Positions 13,901-38,856 of a stretch of 64,000 nt of DNA are shown piece after piece (the stretch's first letter is position 1; the number at the start of each line of letters is the position of its first letter). Made by a program: the position numbers and the translations under genes. Below the pieces are notes generated by a model. It worked only from the letters and a program-made list of their open reading frames with translations, was not told where the DNA came from and made no database searches. The stretch is from Amoebidium appalachense (Eukaryota > Protista > Ichthyosporea): NCBI GenBank assembly GCA_963693365.1, contig CAVNZM010000016.1, forward strand, positions 1,355,062 to 1,419,061. Direction: 5' to 3'.

Positions 13901-16900
13901 CTCCGGGCTGGATGGGGCCGAGTGGAAGTTGTCGGGGGAGCCGGGTCGGATGGGTGTGACGTTGCCAGGGGCAGGATGAGGGTCGGCAGGCTGGACGGGC
14001 ACGGGGGCAGGGGGGCCGGTGGGGGGGGGTGTCGGGGGAACGACGATGGCAGGAGGGGGGCCAGAGTACACCAGACAAACATCATCTTCAGTGTCAACTG
14101 TGGGGGGTGGGGTGGTCGAGGTAGCAGTGGTGTCGGGGGTCGGAAGGGTTGATGGAATGTCGGACGGGAGATAAGCTGATTCGTCGAAAATCACATCACG
14201 GAAGAGGCCGACACGATGGGTGGTGGCATTGAAGATCCGGTGGCAGTGTGATTGAAGATCATAGCCGATATACATGCCGAGTTTGACGGTGGGGGCCAGC
14301 TTGTTCCGTTTAGAGGCTGGCACGTGAGTGTAGGCAGGGCAACCGAACACTTTGAGCTCGGAGATGTCGGGCTTGACACCGTAGAAAACCTCGAATGGTG
14401 TACGACCATTGGCAGTCGTGGACGGGGTGACGTTGATGATGTAGGCGGCATGTTGGAGGGCCTCAGCCCACAGTTTGGGAGACAGAGACTGATCTTGGAC
14501 TTGATGGAGGAGGCAACGGACAATCTCTTGGAGGAACCGCATACGTCGTTCAACATAGCCGTTCAGTTGAGGGCAGTCCACCGGAGCATAGCTGGCCTTG
14601 ATGCCCTGGGAGAGGCAAAAAGCACGGGTATCCTTGGAGGTGAACTCAGAGCCGGAGTCGAAGTGGTAAACACCAACTTTGGAGGGGGCATGGGTGGCAA
14701 CGAGGTTGGTGTGAGCTGTGAGAATATCCAGGGTGGTGGTACGGTCGGCCATCGGGTAGATCTTGACGAGGCCAGAGGCACGGCAGACAGTGACGAGAGC
14801 AACCTTGGAACCTCCGTACGATGTTGTGGTAGGCTCAAAAAAATCCCAATGCCATTCATGACCGGGGATGTTGGAGTGAGGACGGTCACCCCTGAACGGA
14901 GCCTTGGTGGTCTTACCCATAATGCAGCCATGACAATCAGGAACATCACAGTCGAGGACAGAGGAGGGGAGACCAATAACAAGGTCGTGTTTCACCATGT
15001 CCTTGATGCTGGTCATAGCTCGGTGCCCCAGACGATGGTGCCAGATGGATGGGTTAACACTGGTAGTGGCAGCCAGAGCCACAGGACGAGTGGGTGGTTG
15101 AATGGTGTAGTCCTTGAAGTAATACAGACCGTTGTGTAGACGGAGGTTGACGAGATGACGGCCGGTGAGTCGGTCGAAGAGGAATGACGGAGTGGAGGCA
15201 TCGTTCAAATCACCCTTGATGTATTCGGCAGCAGCTTGGGATGTTGAAATGAGGAAGGCTTGGCCAGACGGGGTGTAGTAGGCTTCAATGGTTAGGGTGG
15301 TAGTGCCATGGTCGGTGGTGGTGTTGATGACGATATGGCCGGTGTGAGTGGCCAAGACGGGGGTGCCATTGAAGGCAGCAACGGGAGTCGGTGTCGGAAG
15401 GGGAGTGAGGTCATGGAAGAACTCACGGGTGGGGCAAACAGTCATGTTGCACCCGGAATCCCAGGCAGGGTCGGAGGACACGGGGACGGAGCTAGCATTG
15501 TATGCCGAGAAAGCAAAGGAGACAGATTTCTCACTGCCTTGACGGGAACGGTTGTGTCTGGACATACGGCATTTCGGCTCAGGGCAATCGATGATCGTGT
15601 GATCAGGCTCGTGGCAGTAGGAGCATTCTTTCACGGACGGGGTGTTAGAACGAGCCGGGGAATCAGAACGACGGGAACCCGAGAAACGGGAACGACTGGG
15701 GGAACGAGACGTGGACCGGAAGGCAGGCCGGTGGGGGGAACGGGATCGGGTGTGCTGACGGGAGAGACGAGTTCGGAGGTCCGTGCCAGAGGTACGGTCA
15801 AGTCGGGTGCGTAAGTCACGGCGAGGAAGATCACGGGGGGGAGCACTGGCATTTAATGCCATGCTGGACTTGGAGGCACGGTGGGCACGGTTGTTCCGGA
15901 GTTGCATCTTGAGGTCTTGACGTAACTCGATGCCCTTGACGTGGTTATGGAGGGACTCGAAGTCGGGGAATAGCTTATCACCGAAGTGATAGTCTTCGAT
16001 AAGACGATTGAACTCAGGGGTGAGGTCGTCTCTGGTGGTGAGTTCATTGAAGAACTTCTCAGCTAGACGAGTGAAGTGAATGGACTCATCTTGGAGAGAC
16101 TGGAGCTGGTTCACGATGGTCTGCAGACGGCTCAGGTAGGTGGTGAATGATTCACCGGGCTGAAGGGCACAGGCATCCCACTGACGGTGAAGGATGCGGA
16201 TCTGATCGGGTTTGCCTTGGAGATAGTGTTGACGGAATTTCCACATGGCCCGTTCAGGGTCCATGCCAATACGGTACTGGGCAACGGTGGTGAGGACGGA
16301 AGGGTCGATGTTCTGTATCATATGGAGCAGGAGGCAATTGCGGGCCTCTTTGAGTTCCGCGGTAGTGCCGTAGCCATAGAAGGGGGGTTCACCGTCAACC
16401 GCGACGGTGGTAGGGGGGACGTAGTTGTCAGCAAGGACAACATCCACGAGTCGGACACCTTTAGTGCCGGTCATCATGCCGAGAAAAATGATTTCCCATT
16501 GAAAATAGGTAGTTTTGCTATCGGGACCAGTCTTCCCTTCACCTTTCCACATGGTGATTTTGTTTACGCCAGTTTTGTTTGGATCCATGATTGAAAAACG
16601 AGCGCGAGTTCTAGATGTGTGTAGGGAGCGTGCAAAAGGGCTGCATAACCTGTTAAATTCTATAAGTATTTAGGATGTAAGCAGAGACACAGTGGTGCAG
16701 TGTGAAAACACTACAGACACACACAACAACAAAACACGGAACGATCGGAGCAGTGTACACAACAGACATCAATGTTTAGACACGACTGAACTCAATTTAT
16801 TTTGATCGCTAATAAATACCTGAAATTCCCTTAAGTTAAATCCATACATGATTTCCGACCAGTCGGAATTCAGATCTATGTCTAAAATAACCAATCATAA

Positions 16901-17585
16901 TTAACTGATTATTTCCCGGATAGATCCGGAGACGCGGGAACACACACCATAGGTCACAGCTATAAGAAAGAAAAGAGGTGAAGAGTAACGAGGAAAGAGG
17001 TGGTGTTTCTAACCTATCATCGGCTACAAAGACTCAGACATTTTCTGACTAAGTCCACTGATTGGATATAGTACGGCAACACACAAAACAAAAGTGGTTG
17101 ACTAAGCTATGAATCATACCTGACAAGCTAAAGTGTAACCTAAGTGTTTTTCTACCAATCAAAACATAACGAGTAATATAAATCTACTCAACGTATATTA
17201 GTGAGAGAGAAATATAATTAAATGAAAGGAAACAAGAGAAGAAAGAAAGAGAAAAGAAAAGACGAAGAAAGAGGAAAAAGAAAAGAAAGCAGGACAGAAA
17301 ACACGAACAGCAAAACACAGTTATAACCGAAGATATTCATGTACACATAACATGTACACGTGTCTCCCTCACTGGGTAGACTCGTGTACCTATAATCAGT
17401 TGCTGTAATCGATATCTAAACACACGAATATAGCCGACACAACACGATTACAAGTACTCAAATACACTGGAGATCGATGTCATAATTTACGTACAAGGAG
17501 CACATCTTTTTCATTAAGTAAATGAATGAAAACATAACACGAACTGAGAAGATCTTACAATATGTAAATACTACGTATTATAACA
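10960..17585 (-). mobile_element. Ty1/copia LTR retrotransposon, near full length
   Basis: 5' LTR 17585-16651 (935 bp, TG...CA). PBS-like GGTTATGCAGCCC at 16650-16638. PPT AAGTGGGGA just before the 3' LTR start at 11785. The 3' LTR matches the 5' LTR almost perfectly from 11785 to ~11230, with small indels to ~11020, and is unrecognisable left of ~10960. Confidence 0.95.
12071..16588 (-). CDS. Copia Gag-Pol polyprotein (gag, protease, integrase, RT, RNase H)
   Basis: 1505-aa ORF: knuckle CSYCHEPDHTIIDC; protease WDSGC; pre-integrase WHHRLGH...CHGCIMGK; integrase D(WDFF)-D(FDSGSEF)-E(NGYVERR); RT KARGVAQGF, LYGLKQA and YVDD; RNase H YTDADFAG, STTEAE and DNQS. Order PR-IN-RT-RH defines Ty1/copia. 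A probable 1-nt deletion near 12245 (ADILTNPSP instead of ADILTKPLP) means the true stop is probably at ~12180. Confidence 0.95.
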   Translation of the reverse strand: MDPNKTGVNKITMWKGEGKTGPDSKTTYFQWEIIFLGMMTGTKGVRLVDVVLADNYVPPTTVAVDGEPPFYGYGTTAELKEARNCLLLHMIQNIDPSVLTTVAQYRIGMDPERAMWKFRQHYLQGKPDQIRILHRQWDACALQPGESFTTYLSRLQTIVNQLQSLQDESIHFTRLAEKFFNELTTRDDLTPEFNRLIEDYHFGDKLFPDFESLHNHVKGIELRQDLKMQLRNNRAHRASKSSMALNASAPPRDLPRRDLRTRLDRTSGTDLRTRLSRQHTRSRSPHRPAFRSTSRSPSRSRFSGSRRSDSPARSNTPSVKECSYCHEPDHTIIDCPEPKCRMSRHNRSRQGSEKSVSFAFSAYNASSVPVSSDPAWDSGCNMTVCPTREFFHDLTPLPTPTPVAAFNGTPVLATHTGHIVINTTTDHGTTTLTIEAYYTPSGQAFLISTSQAAAEYIKGDLNDASTPSFLFDRLTGRHLVNLRLHNGLYYFKDYTIQPPTRPVALAATTSVNPSIWHHRLGHRAMTSIKDMVKHDLVIGLPSSVLDCDVPDCHGCIMGKTTKAPFRGDRPHSNIPGHEWHWDFFEPTTTSYGGSKVALVTVCRASGLVKIYPMADRTTTLDILTAHTNLVATHAPSKVGVYHFDSGSEFTSKDTRAFCLSQGIKASYAPVDCPQLNGYVERRMRFLQEIVRCLLHQVQDQSLSPKLWAEALQHAAYIINVTPSTTANGRTPFEVFYGVKPDISELKVFGCPAYTHVPASKRNKLAPTVKLGMYIGYDLQSHCHRIFNATTHRVGLFRDVIFDESAYLPSDIPSTLPTPDTTATSTTPPPTVDTEDDVCLVYSGPPPAIVVPPTPPPTGPPAPVPVQPADPHPAPGNVTPIRPGSPDNFHSAPSSPEVAPPALPNFQVPPPHPSPPTPVPAPRRSARLQGKVGLQATTTLPVPPGPPINIDQLPKLVRQLCSGPNGDQVKSALTAEYQAFVDKDIFELVDPPPGANIVGFKWIVSEKTLNSAGDTKIKARGVAQGFSQQYGVDYELIESPVIRPAALRAILALAVVEGHDIHQLDVSTAFLNSPLTETIYMKQPPGFITMATLGKVWRLKKALYGLKQASKAWYDFLDGILLAHGLTRTKTDPCIYLRFFPNNDVVRAGNYVDDSTITNTRGSTASSDLAAHISKMASCRMSPFDRMLGVDFNHSDPHHLHMHQRSYIMDIIHDFNLTDAKSKSTPIPAGTTVSLADCPPQPFTVPYRELLGRLLWVARCTRPNIAYAIGFLGRFSTNPGKTHWDLLRRVARYLLGTIDLGIDYKYSATQSPILECYTDADFAGCADSKKSTTGYIIVFAGMPVIWYSKLQPITATSTTEAELIALNAGTQEVAWVRDLFKELGCPMLAPTPVYCDNQSTIAIVNSTGIKHRTKHIAVRYHNTKDYIASGDVVVHYVESAHNLADILTNPSPARVMSTIVLDFVYRILWIDPTYFKSDFLMCTTYFINIIISYVLPLWVCPLRVYI

Positions 17586-18022
17586 ATGGATCTGCAATCG
17601 ATTGAGTCAGACCGAGAAAGTCCGCCGTTTCAAGCACCGTGTTAACAGTCTGAGAGCACTTTTTGCTTACACTCGACAGTAGGTACTGAGGCTTCCCGGT
17701 CCTTGCAAAACGTAGAGCTCCAGGCAGGACATCTGGATCAACATCAACCATAACATTCCCTTCGGTGTCTGTTGTCTTCGGAACTGCAGTGGATAAATTG
17801 GTGGATAGAAGGGGTGTTGCCGGCGCCTGGGTGACAGTTGTACTTTCCCCCCCGCGCGTTGATGTAAACCGCTGCCTGAGCGTTTTCAGTTTGTGTTGTG
17901 GTTGTGGCGGTGTGTGCAGGGGTTTTGGGTGAGCTGGTAGAAATAGATTCTGCGAGGGTCAGCTCACTTAGCTGCTGTGCAACAGAGGATGTGGTATTAC
18001 TTTGGGTTTGCTTGGAGTCCAT
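17586..18022 (-). pseudogene. BTB/POZ (KCTD/T1-type) domain gene interrupted by the copia insertion
   Basis: ATG at 18022. VYINARG, then after one frameshift near the C7 run (17847-17853) the frame reads ...DTEGNVMVDVDPDVLPGALRFARTGK...VLETADFLGL...IADP and runs without a stop into the LTR terminus at 17585. This fits the T1-BTB pattern (V.lNvgG...D..G...iDrdp......L.flRtG...l.eA.f.gl). Confidence 0.65.
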
Positions 18023-18810
18023 TCTGTTTGTATTGGCAAGCTAGGCCAGGCGTTTTCGTTCATATACTGTCCCGACAGGGAATATTAGTAACTTACATTC
18101 AAGGCCTATATTTAATTTGCGAGTACTAACCAGATTATACTTGCTGTATTGCCGCCAACTTGATAATATCAGACGATATACATTTTTTCCAGTTAGTCGA
18201 TGAACCAAAAGAAGGCGCGTGTTTTAAAAAATAGATTCTATACTCGAACCATGTGAGCATCGACAGTGTCCGAACCACCCTCTTTTCCATCTAACAGCTA
18301 CGTACTCTCAAACAAACGTGTCGAACGAACATCCGGATTGGCGGACATCCTCCCCCACGTGATCTGATGATGCTCTTGCATGATTATTATCCCGTGGTGA
18401 TAGCTAGGTCACGGCCCTCTGACAAAGGGCCGTGTGTTGATAGGTACATATACATGTCAGTCTGAGAAACACGAACACGAATTTGCAGTACTGTGTAAAG
18501 CCACAGTTCGTATATTTGTGCATTGAGTATGCATGGATCAAAGTGACAAATTCCATCCTTGCCAATATTTTGATCACACAAAGACAAGCGTCGAGACGTC
18601 GTTGGTACCACCCAACCAAACGTGCACCCATCCTTGGCCCCCCCGGCCCGCCCCAGCCTCCCTCCTCTCCCCCCCTCCCCCCCTCCCCGGCCTCTCCTAG
18701 AGCATAGAACAAGTACATTGATGTCGGCACAAAAATACACATGGAACTACTATCACGTGACTAGGATTAATCTTGTAATACACCATGCAATTGCAGCTTT
18801 AAATGTGGAT

Positions 18811-19403
18811 TTTTTTTATATATTTTTTTTATATTTTTTTTTATCCCGTTTCACTCCCGGCGAGGCACTGCCTCAGGGGAGCTTACCGTCTTCCGCCTAG
18901 ACACAGATCGTACTGTATAGCACACTCATAAGTCAGGATTCTAATTGACCCCAACTGGCACTATTTTTAGTTACGCCTTATCCCACGGTTCTAGCCGCAG
19001 CAACGCTAGTGGGGAAGTGAGCTGTGCTCACTTTAACAACACCAGCCGGGAGCGACCCGGGACACATACACAAACATAAAGATTTGAAAGGGAAGACCCC
19101 ATGCCCAGGACGCTGACCCGAACCGTGGCCGGTGACTCGGATTGGTCTCCCACTTGAAAGTTGGGCTGGGATGCCCAAGCGGCGCCCGTCGACGTCAGAG
19201 GGCCGGTGCTGTTCATGACGTCATGTCTTGCGGCCGGATGATAACAAATTGGTGGTGCTGCTTGACGGGGTCTGGGTGATGGCTTCTAGGGGGCGGCCAG
19301 ACCGGTGGACCGTCGAGGCAGAAAAATCGGAAGTAACCAGGATCGATCCTGCGACTTTGAGCTTGACACGCAGAGATCTTACCATTGCACCAACCCGCCC
19401 CCC
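18811..19403 (-). mobile_element. Full-length tRNA-derived SINE (~590 bp) with A-rich tail and 12-bp TSD
   Basis: Minus strand starts GGGGGGCGGGTTGGTGCAATGGTAAG. A box TGGTGCAATGG at 19392-19382, B-box-like GGATCGATCC at 19349-19340, A-rich tail at 18843-18811. Direct repeat TTAAATGTGGAT at 18799-18810 and 19404-19415. A second copy lies at 6834-7370. Confidence 0.85.
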
Positions 19404-19574
19404 TTAAATGTGGATATCATAGATTTGAATTTGTCACATGATAAAGTGATAAAGGCAAGCGAGCAATTGCAAACCTTACTTAGGAGGATGAGGAAAGGGA
19501 AAACGGGGGGCGAGGCCGGAGGGGGAGGAAGGGCCCGGGGGGGGGGAGGGGGAGGGGGGGGGGGGGGGGGGGGG

Positions 19575-19622
<48 letters not shown>

Positions 19623-20073
19623 GATGAGAGAGAGAGTGGGGGGTGGGGGGGTGGGTCCGGGCAAAAAAAAAAAAAAAAAAAAAAAAAAGAAGAAGAAGAG
19701 GTCGCAGGCAAGGCAGCACTCGGATAGGCTAGCGCTAATGTTGACATGATTGCCCATCAAGGGTAGTCAGGGGGGAACTTATTCTACCAACCAGATGACA
19801 CGATCTATATTTTGGCGGTAAACTGTTGCGCAAACAATCTATTGAGCCCCTCAACACCGGCCGCGGTCGACACCGTGACAGGCAGGACAGGCACGGTGAG
19901 TGACTCGATCGAGAAACCTCAAACGACAGGTAATAGACTAAACCCAAGGCTACCGTAAACAACACATATATTACTGAATAAATACAGGAGTAATAGGAGG
20001 TAGCACATGCACCCAAAGCGTCCAAAAAAAGTGCACAGAAACCCACATATACCTTTTTCGAGTTTCTGAGGCC

Positions 20074-20107
<34 letters not shown>

Positions 20108-20118
20108 TTCCTCCCCAC

Positions 20119-20186
<68 letters not shown>

Positions 20187-20282
20187 CATCTCACCCCCCC
20201 CCCATTCCCTCCCCCCAACGACTCCCCCCCCCCCCCCCCCCCCCCCCTCCCCCCCCCTTCTCCCTTACCCCCTTCTCCGTTC

Positions 20283-20313
<31 letters not shown>

Positions 20314-20452
20314 TTCCCACCCACCTACCCACCCACCCACCCACCCTTCCTGCCTGCTTGGGCTTCGCTGGACCTCGGTGGCTTTGTTGTGACGTTTCTT
20401 TCATGCGAAACACGTACTTTTTGTCAAGTGCTCGACGGCTGAGAAAACCAAA

Positions 20453-33105
<12,653 letters not shown>

Positions 33106-34327
33106 GATATGTGTGTGTGGTATGAGGAATGAAGACACAAGTCTATAAATGATTGGCATTTAGTGGGTGAAAGGTCTTTTGGATGTAATGAGAGCACGAA
33201 TAACGAAGGGAATAGAGGCATTGTGTACAGTTAATAGGGGGACCTAGAAGGGGGGAAGGCGCCCCCGGGAGGGTTTGTGTACAGGGGGAAGGAGCCCGGG
33301 GGGGGGGGGGGGGGGGGGGATGTGAAATGATTTATGCCCAAACTCGTGCCCACGCCGGAGTTTTTCTTTTCCTGTTTTTGTGAATGATTTCCAGTTAAAA
33401 TTAGCAGGAAAATGGGTGGCGCTGGTGGTGTGGGAACTTGTGGATAATTAATTGGTGATTGGGATAGGCACGAAATGATGTGAATCTTGGGTTTCGAATG
33501 TATGCATGTACAGCGCAATTTAAATATATATGTTTTGTGTACAAGTATGTCTGTAGAAGCATACACTGCATGTTGAAAGGAAAATACAAATGTACAGTTG
33601 TAGATGATAAAAACAGTACTGAAATGAGGTTGTGTTATGGAAGTGAGGATGTTCTGATGCATTATGGAAAAAATAGATACATCATACTACTATAAAACGG
33701 ATGCCATACGATACGACAGAGAGAGGGAATAGAGGATGTATTGCAATAAAGAGGATTGCTATTGGTTATACAGTGTACCCATCGTAAACACCGGCTAACT
33801 GTGTGTGCATTAGTAACGGTTAGAAAGGTACAGGGGAGGGGTTAATCGTTTACAATGGCTGAACAGGAGTAGGAGTTAGAATTCTCTTTCGGAATCTTTT
33901 GATATTTGTTGAGTATGCATGTACATATTTCTGTTATTCAAAGATTTCACTTCTGATAAAATATTAGCTAACCATGCAAGGGTTTTTTCGGTCCTCGAAA
34001 TCCCCCCCTCCCCCCCCCCCATCCTCCCCACCTCCCGTCTGCCATGCATTCAATTCCGTCTGTTTCTCTCTTTAGATCGGAAGGTCGGGTTGGTGAGTAC
34101 CGGGTGAGATACGCATGGTGTAGAATATTGTGTGTGTATGTGTGTGTGTGGTGGGTCGTGGTGGTGGTGGTTGTGGTGGTGGTGGGGGGAGCGCGGGGGG
34201 GGGGGGAGGGGGGGGGGGGGTTTGATCATCGGCAGAGTTACAGTCCTTGTTGTCATGACGTGTATGGGGTGAGAGAGAGAGCGGGGGTGGGGGAGGAGAG
34301 GGGGGGGGGGGGGGGGGGGGGGGGGGA

Positions 34328-34358
<31 letters not shown>

Positions 34359-34778
34359 TCTCAGAGAGAAAGGCGCTGGAGATAAGGAGAGTGAGGGAGG
34401 AAGAAAGAGTGTGTGTTTGTGTGCGATGCGTGTGTGAGGGCATCTGTGGGGGGAGGGGGGGGGGGGGGGGGGGAGGGAGGGAGGGATAGGGGGTTAAACT
34501 CCCCTCAAGTTATGACATTTACTTACGCATACCGGCCACTGTATGCGCAAAATTTAATCTGGTTGGCAATAGAGCTGACTTCCATGAGCGCTCCTACGGT
34601 TTACAAGGATTGAAAGAGAAACTTGCTGTGCCGTGATCAGGAATACCACACATATAAATCCGTCTTTAACACTGTGTGCGTATGGGGTTTTTTACACGTC
34701 TTACAATTGCAAACACACACAATAGTGTACACACATTCTGGAGACTCCCTCTCTTTCTCTTTCTCCCGATCTTTCACT

Positions 34779-34842
<64 letters not shown>

Positions 34843-35682
34843 TCCCCGTCCCCCCTCTTCTCCCTCGAGCTTCCTCTCTCGTGCGACAGAGGGGTATGCT
34901 TCATGTGCACGCCTGCATGTGTGAGCACTCTCGTAAACTCATAGGTATATAGGTATGCGACACAGTCGCCCGCTACATCAAAATTTCGTGTGGTTTATAT
35001 TAAATCGAAAAAAGGAAAAAATCAGCCCACTTTATCAGGTAGTGGCTGTGATTAATTAAACTACACAGACAGCCTAGGCATTTCTTTAACAGTAAATTCA
35101 AAAACCTACCTTGAATCTCTATCCTCAAATGATTCGAAATCTCCAGCAAACGTTTCATAAAAACCAACTACTTTCTAGCCCCCCGCCCCTCCCCACTAAA
35201 ACCCCTCCCCTTTCCAAAATTTCTTCTTGCTTGCTTTCTGTGATATTCGATAATAGTCACTCCATACTCCATGTTACGTTTCCCCCCCCCCCCCCCCCCC
35301 CCCCCCTTACGCATGATAAACCACCCCAACTGCACTCAGTTCATTAATATAAAATGGGTACTCGTAGTCAAACATTTCATCGAGTGCATAGATTCCGTCG
35401 TTAAAAGCCAACAAAATTCCAGGGAGATTTTCAGTATAAAACCAGCTATTAGTAAGTCTATCGTATATGTGTTAGAGGCATTCGGCCAAGTATAAAAGTC
35501 TAGTATACATCTTCAATTCAGATTTCTCCTTACACATACCCGAACACAATTCTCCACCCAGCCCAGAGGAGGTGAAAGTACGCAAACAGCACACACATGC
35601 ACACTTTTTCCTCACGCCAACACACACACACACACACACCCCCTCCCCCCCCCCCCCCCTCCCCCTCCACCCCCTCTTCCGT

Positions 35683-36685
35683 CTATGCTGCCACCACCCC
35701 TTCCTCCTCCTCCTCCCCCTCATGAGTAATCCCATGCTGTTCGTCATAAGTCTGTCTACACCACGCCATAATCCCCGGTGGTCCCCCTTCCACGACCTCT
35801 TGTGGTAGGTCTGAAAACGGGTTTCCTTCCGTGTTAAGTAGTTGCAGGTTGGGGCACATGCACAGTTCCGGTGGGACACTGTTGAGTTCGTTGTCGTTTA
35901 CGTGGAGGGTGTGGAGGGACTCGAGATGACCTGATGGGGAAGAAGGCGTTTAGACTATGGTTAGCGGGGGGGAGGGGGGAGGGGGAGGGGGAGAGAGGGA
36001 GGGTTAGAACGCAGGGGGGGGGGGGGGGATTAGAATGCATCACCTAGGGCGAAATACAGATAGGGGGGCGGGGGGAGGGGGGAGGGATAGGGAAAAAAAA
36101 AGTAAAGGGTTAACCCCAAACCCTAAAAGAGTGGGTAGAATGGAAGCGTGGTGGAGGGGTTGTGTCGTGTTTTGCACCACGGCAAGGGTGGGAAAGACAT
36201 AGTAGTAAACGTGATCGTACATGTTCTTGTGCGTGCGCGCGCACGCTCGTGTGTGTGTGTGTGGCTGTGCCTGCGCCTGCGAGTACATGCACCCGTTGTG
36301 ATTGGGTGCGATGGGGACGCACAGGACATGATATAGTGCGTTACTTCTAGATCCTGGTTGGATGCCCCCATATCAAGAGTTTAATATCCCATCACAGATA
36401 CAATCATCATTCACGCATGAGTAAGAGGTTGGGGGTTTGTACTGTGTTACAGGGTACGAAATAAATGCTTACGGTAAAGGGAAAGAGACGCGGACAGGAC
36501 GGAAGGGGGGGTAGGGGGGTAGAACTCATACCAGAGTGTAGGCACTAATTAGAATCCCGTAGAGCCACCATCATATTCCAATAAAGAGTAATAAGGTATG
36601 TGCATGTGCTTACGTCTGTATGTGTCTGTGTGTGTGTGTTGGGCTGGGTCGGGTTGGCTTGGTTTTCTTTTTTTTTTTTTTTTTT

Positions 36686-36752
<67 letters not shown>

Positions 36753-38038
36753 GTATTTACCAATTTCCGGAGGCAGTTTAGTCATTCCATTCTCCCCAAT
36801 GAAGAAGAATTTGAGGTTTGTGAGTGTGCTGACGGCAGGAGAGAGAGTCTCCATTTCGTTGGATTGGAAGGAGAGGTAGGTGAGCTGCGTCAACTGGCCA
36901 ATCTCGTCTGGTAGCTCACGTACACAGTTGCCTGTGTGTGTGTGTGGGGGGGGGCACGCAGATGAGTATGTGTGTGTGTGTATGTACGTACGTGTGTGTT
37001 TTTTTTTGGGGGGGGGGGGGGGGGGGGGGGATGGGCTTGGAAGGGGCGAAATACCCAGAGCAAGGTGTGATGAGGGGGGAGTGGGGAGGGGCGGGGGGAG
37101 GGGAGGGAATGGGAACGTTAACATCTACACACATTTTGCCAGAAATTGGCCTTTACGATATGCCATAAACAAAGGTTCCACAGTAGCTGAATTCCACACC
37201 GCCCTCCTCCCCCTCCCCCCCCCCCCCAAAAAACAAAAAACAAAAAACAAAACACCTCCCACAAGCTTACCTAATCATTCCAGCACCCCCCCCCCCCCCC
37301 CCCCCCCCTCTCCCCCCCCTTCACAGTATGAAGGACACAGTATGAAGCACAACGACCCACCACTACCCACTCACGAAGAAAGCCACCAGAACTCCCCCAC
37401 ACCCAAGTTTGTGAACACCAGACTCAACAACCCATCCACCCACCCATCCGCGCACCCCCCCCCCCCCCCCCCTCCCCCACATCCTCCCCAACCCCGCCCG
37501 ACCACCACCATCACACCAACACACTCATAGCCCCTCGTCCCCCCCCCCCCCCCTCCTCAGCCTCCCCCTTCACACACACACACACACACCGACACCTATA
37601 CACACCGACAAACCCACACAGGCACACACGTACGCACCCTCCATATCCAGCTTATCCAGATTCTTAAGGTTGCTGATGCGAGGTGGCAGCACATCAATCT
37701 CGTTGTTGTTGAGAATCAGTGTCTGGAGGTTGGTGAGCTCACAGATGCTGCCTGTGTACGTGTGTGTGCGTGTGTGTGCGTGTGTGCGTGTGTGTTTATG
37801 GGGTGGGGGATGGAGGGGGTGGAAACGATCGAGCGTGTATGTATGTGCGTATTTGCACGTGTGTGTGGATGTGTGGAGGGGCACGGAGGGTTAGAATGTG
37901 GCACAGTGTATCATGCAAATTTATCGACCCCAGCAGGGTGTGATGGAATAACTTAAGCAGTTAATAAACCTAATTCAACCCCAAAAACACACACACACAC
38001 ACACACACATTCACACACACACATTCACACACACACAT

Positions 38039-38073
<35 letters not shown>

Positions 38074-38817
38074 ACACACAGACACGGGGGAAGGGGAGAG
38101 AGCGAGAGAGCGAGAGAGCGAGAGAGAGTGAGTGAGAGAGAACGAAGAGCAACAGACACACACAAAGCCAACCACTCCCCTCCCCCCCCCCCCCCCCCCC
38201 CCCCCCACGGCCCCCCACGGCCCCCCACCCACCCACCACCCACCTACCTGGCAGATATGTGAGCCTGTTCTGAGCAAAGTTGAGCTCTCTGAGGTTGATG
38301 AGGGGGCTGAGGTCGTCGGGTAGTGACCGCACAAGATTCTCACTCATGTCCACACGCGTCAGGTGCTGTGTGTGTGTGTGTGTGTGTGTGTGCGTGAGTC
38401 ACGTGTGCGCACATATAGAATCCCCCCCCCCCTCCCCCCCCCCCCCCCTCCCCCCCCCCCCCCCACAATTCGACTCCAATGTCCTCCTCAGTGAAACCCC
38501 CCCCCCGCCCCCCTCTCCCAGGCCATCCCCCCTCCCCCCCCCCCCCCCTGTACAGACATATACACCTCGCTCGATTCCAGCCTCCCCCCCAAGCACACAC
38601 ACACACACACACACAGATACACACACACACACACCCTTCCTCCTCCCTCCCACCCGCCCGTCCTTGCCCCCTTGCGCCTCCATTTATGTCGCTGAATATC
38701 CATCCCCTTCCCACCAACCTCTTTCGACGTGCATTTATAACAGTCCGTGCGTTGTTGTCCCCCTTCCCCCCCCCCCCCCCCCCCCCCCCCCACCTTCCCC
38801 CCCTCAGCACTCCCTCC

Positions 38818-38856
<39 letters not shown>

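Noticed and set aside
12287-16594. Plus-strand ORFs up to 295 aa inside the copia element
   Set aside because: Antisense shadows of the C-rich gag-pol frame with no recognisable motifs.
6834-19343. ~500-bp inverted repeats bracketing 11.4 kb, resembling TIRs of a giant DNA transposon
   Set aside because: The right copy has a tRNA-like head, an A-rich tail and its own 12-bp TSD, so these are two independent SINE insertions in opposite orientation.
19325-19403. Stand-alone tRNA gene
   Set aside because: Acceptor and anticodon stems pair poorly, and the sequence is the head of a TSD-bounded SINE.
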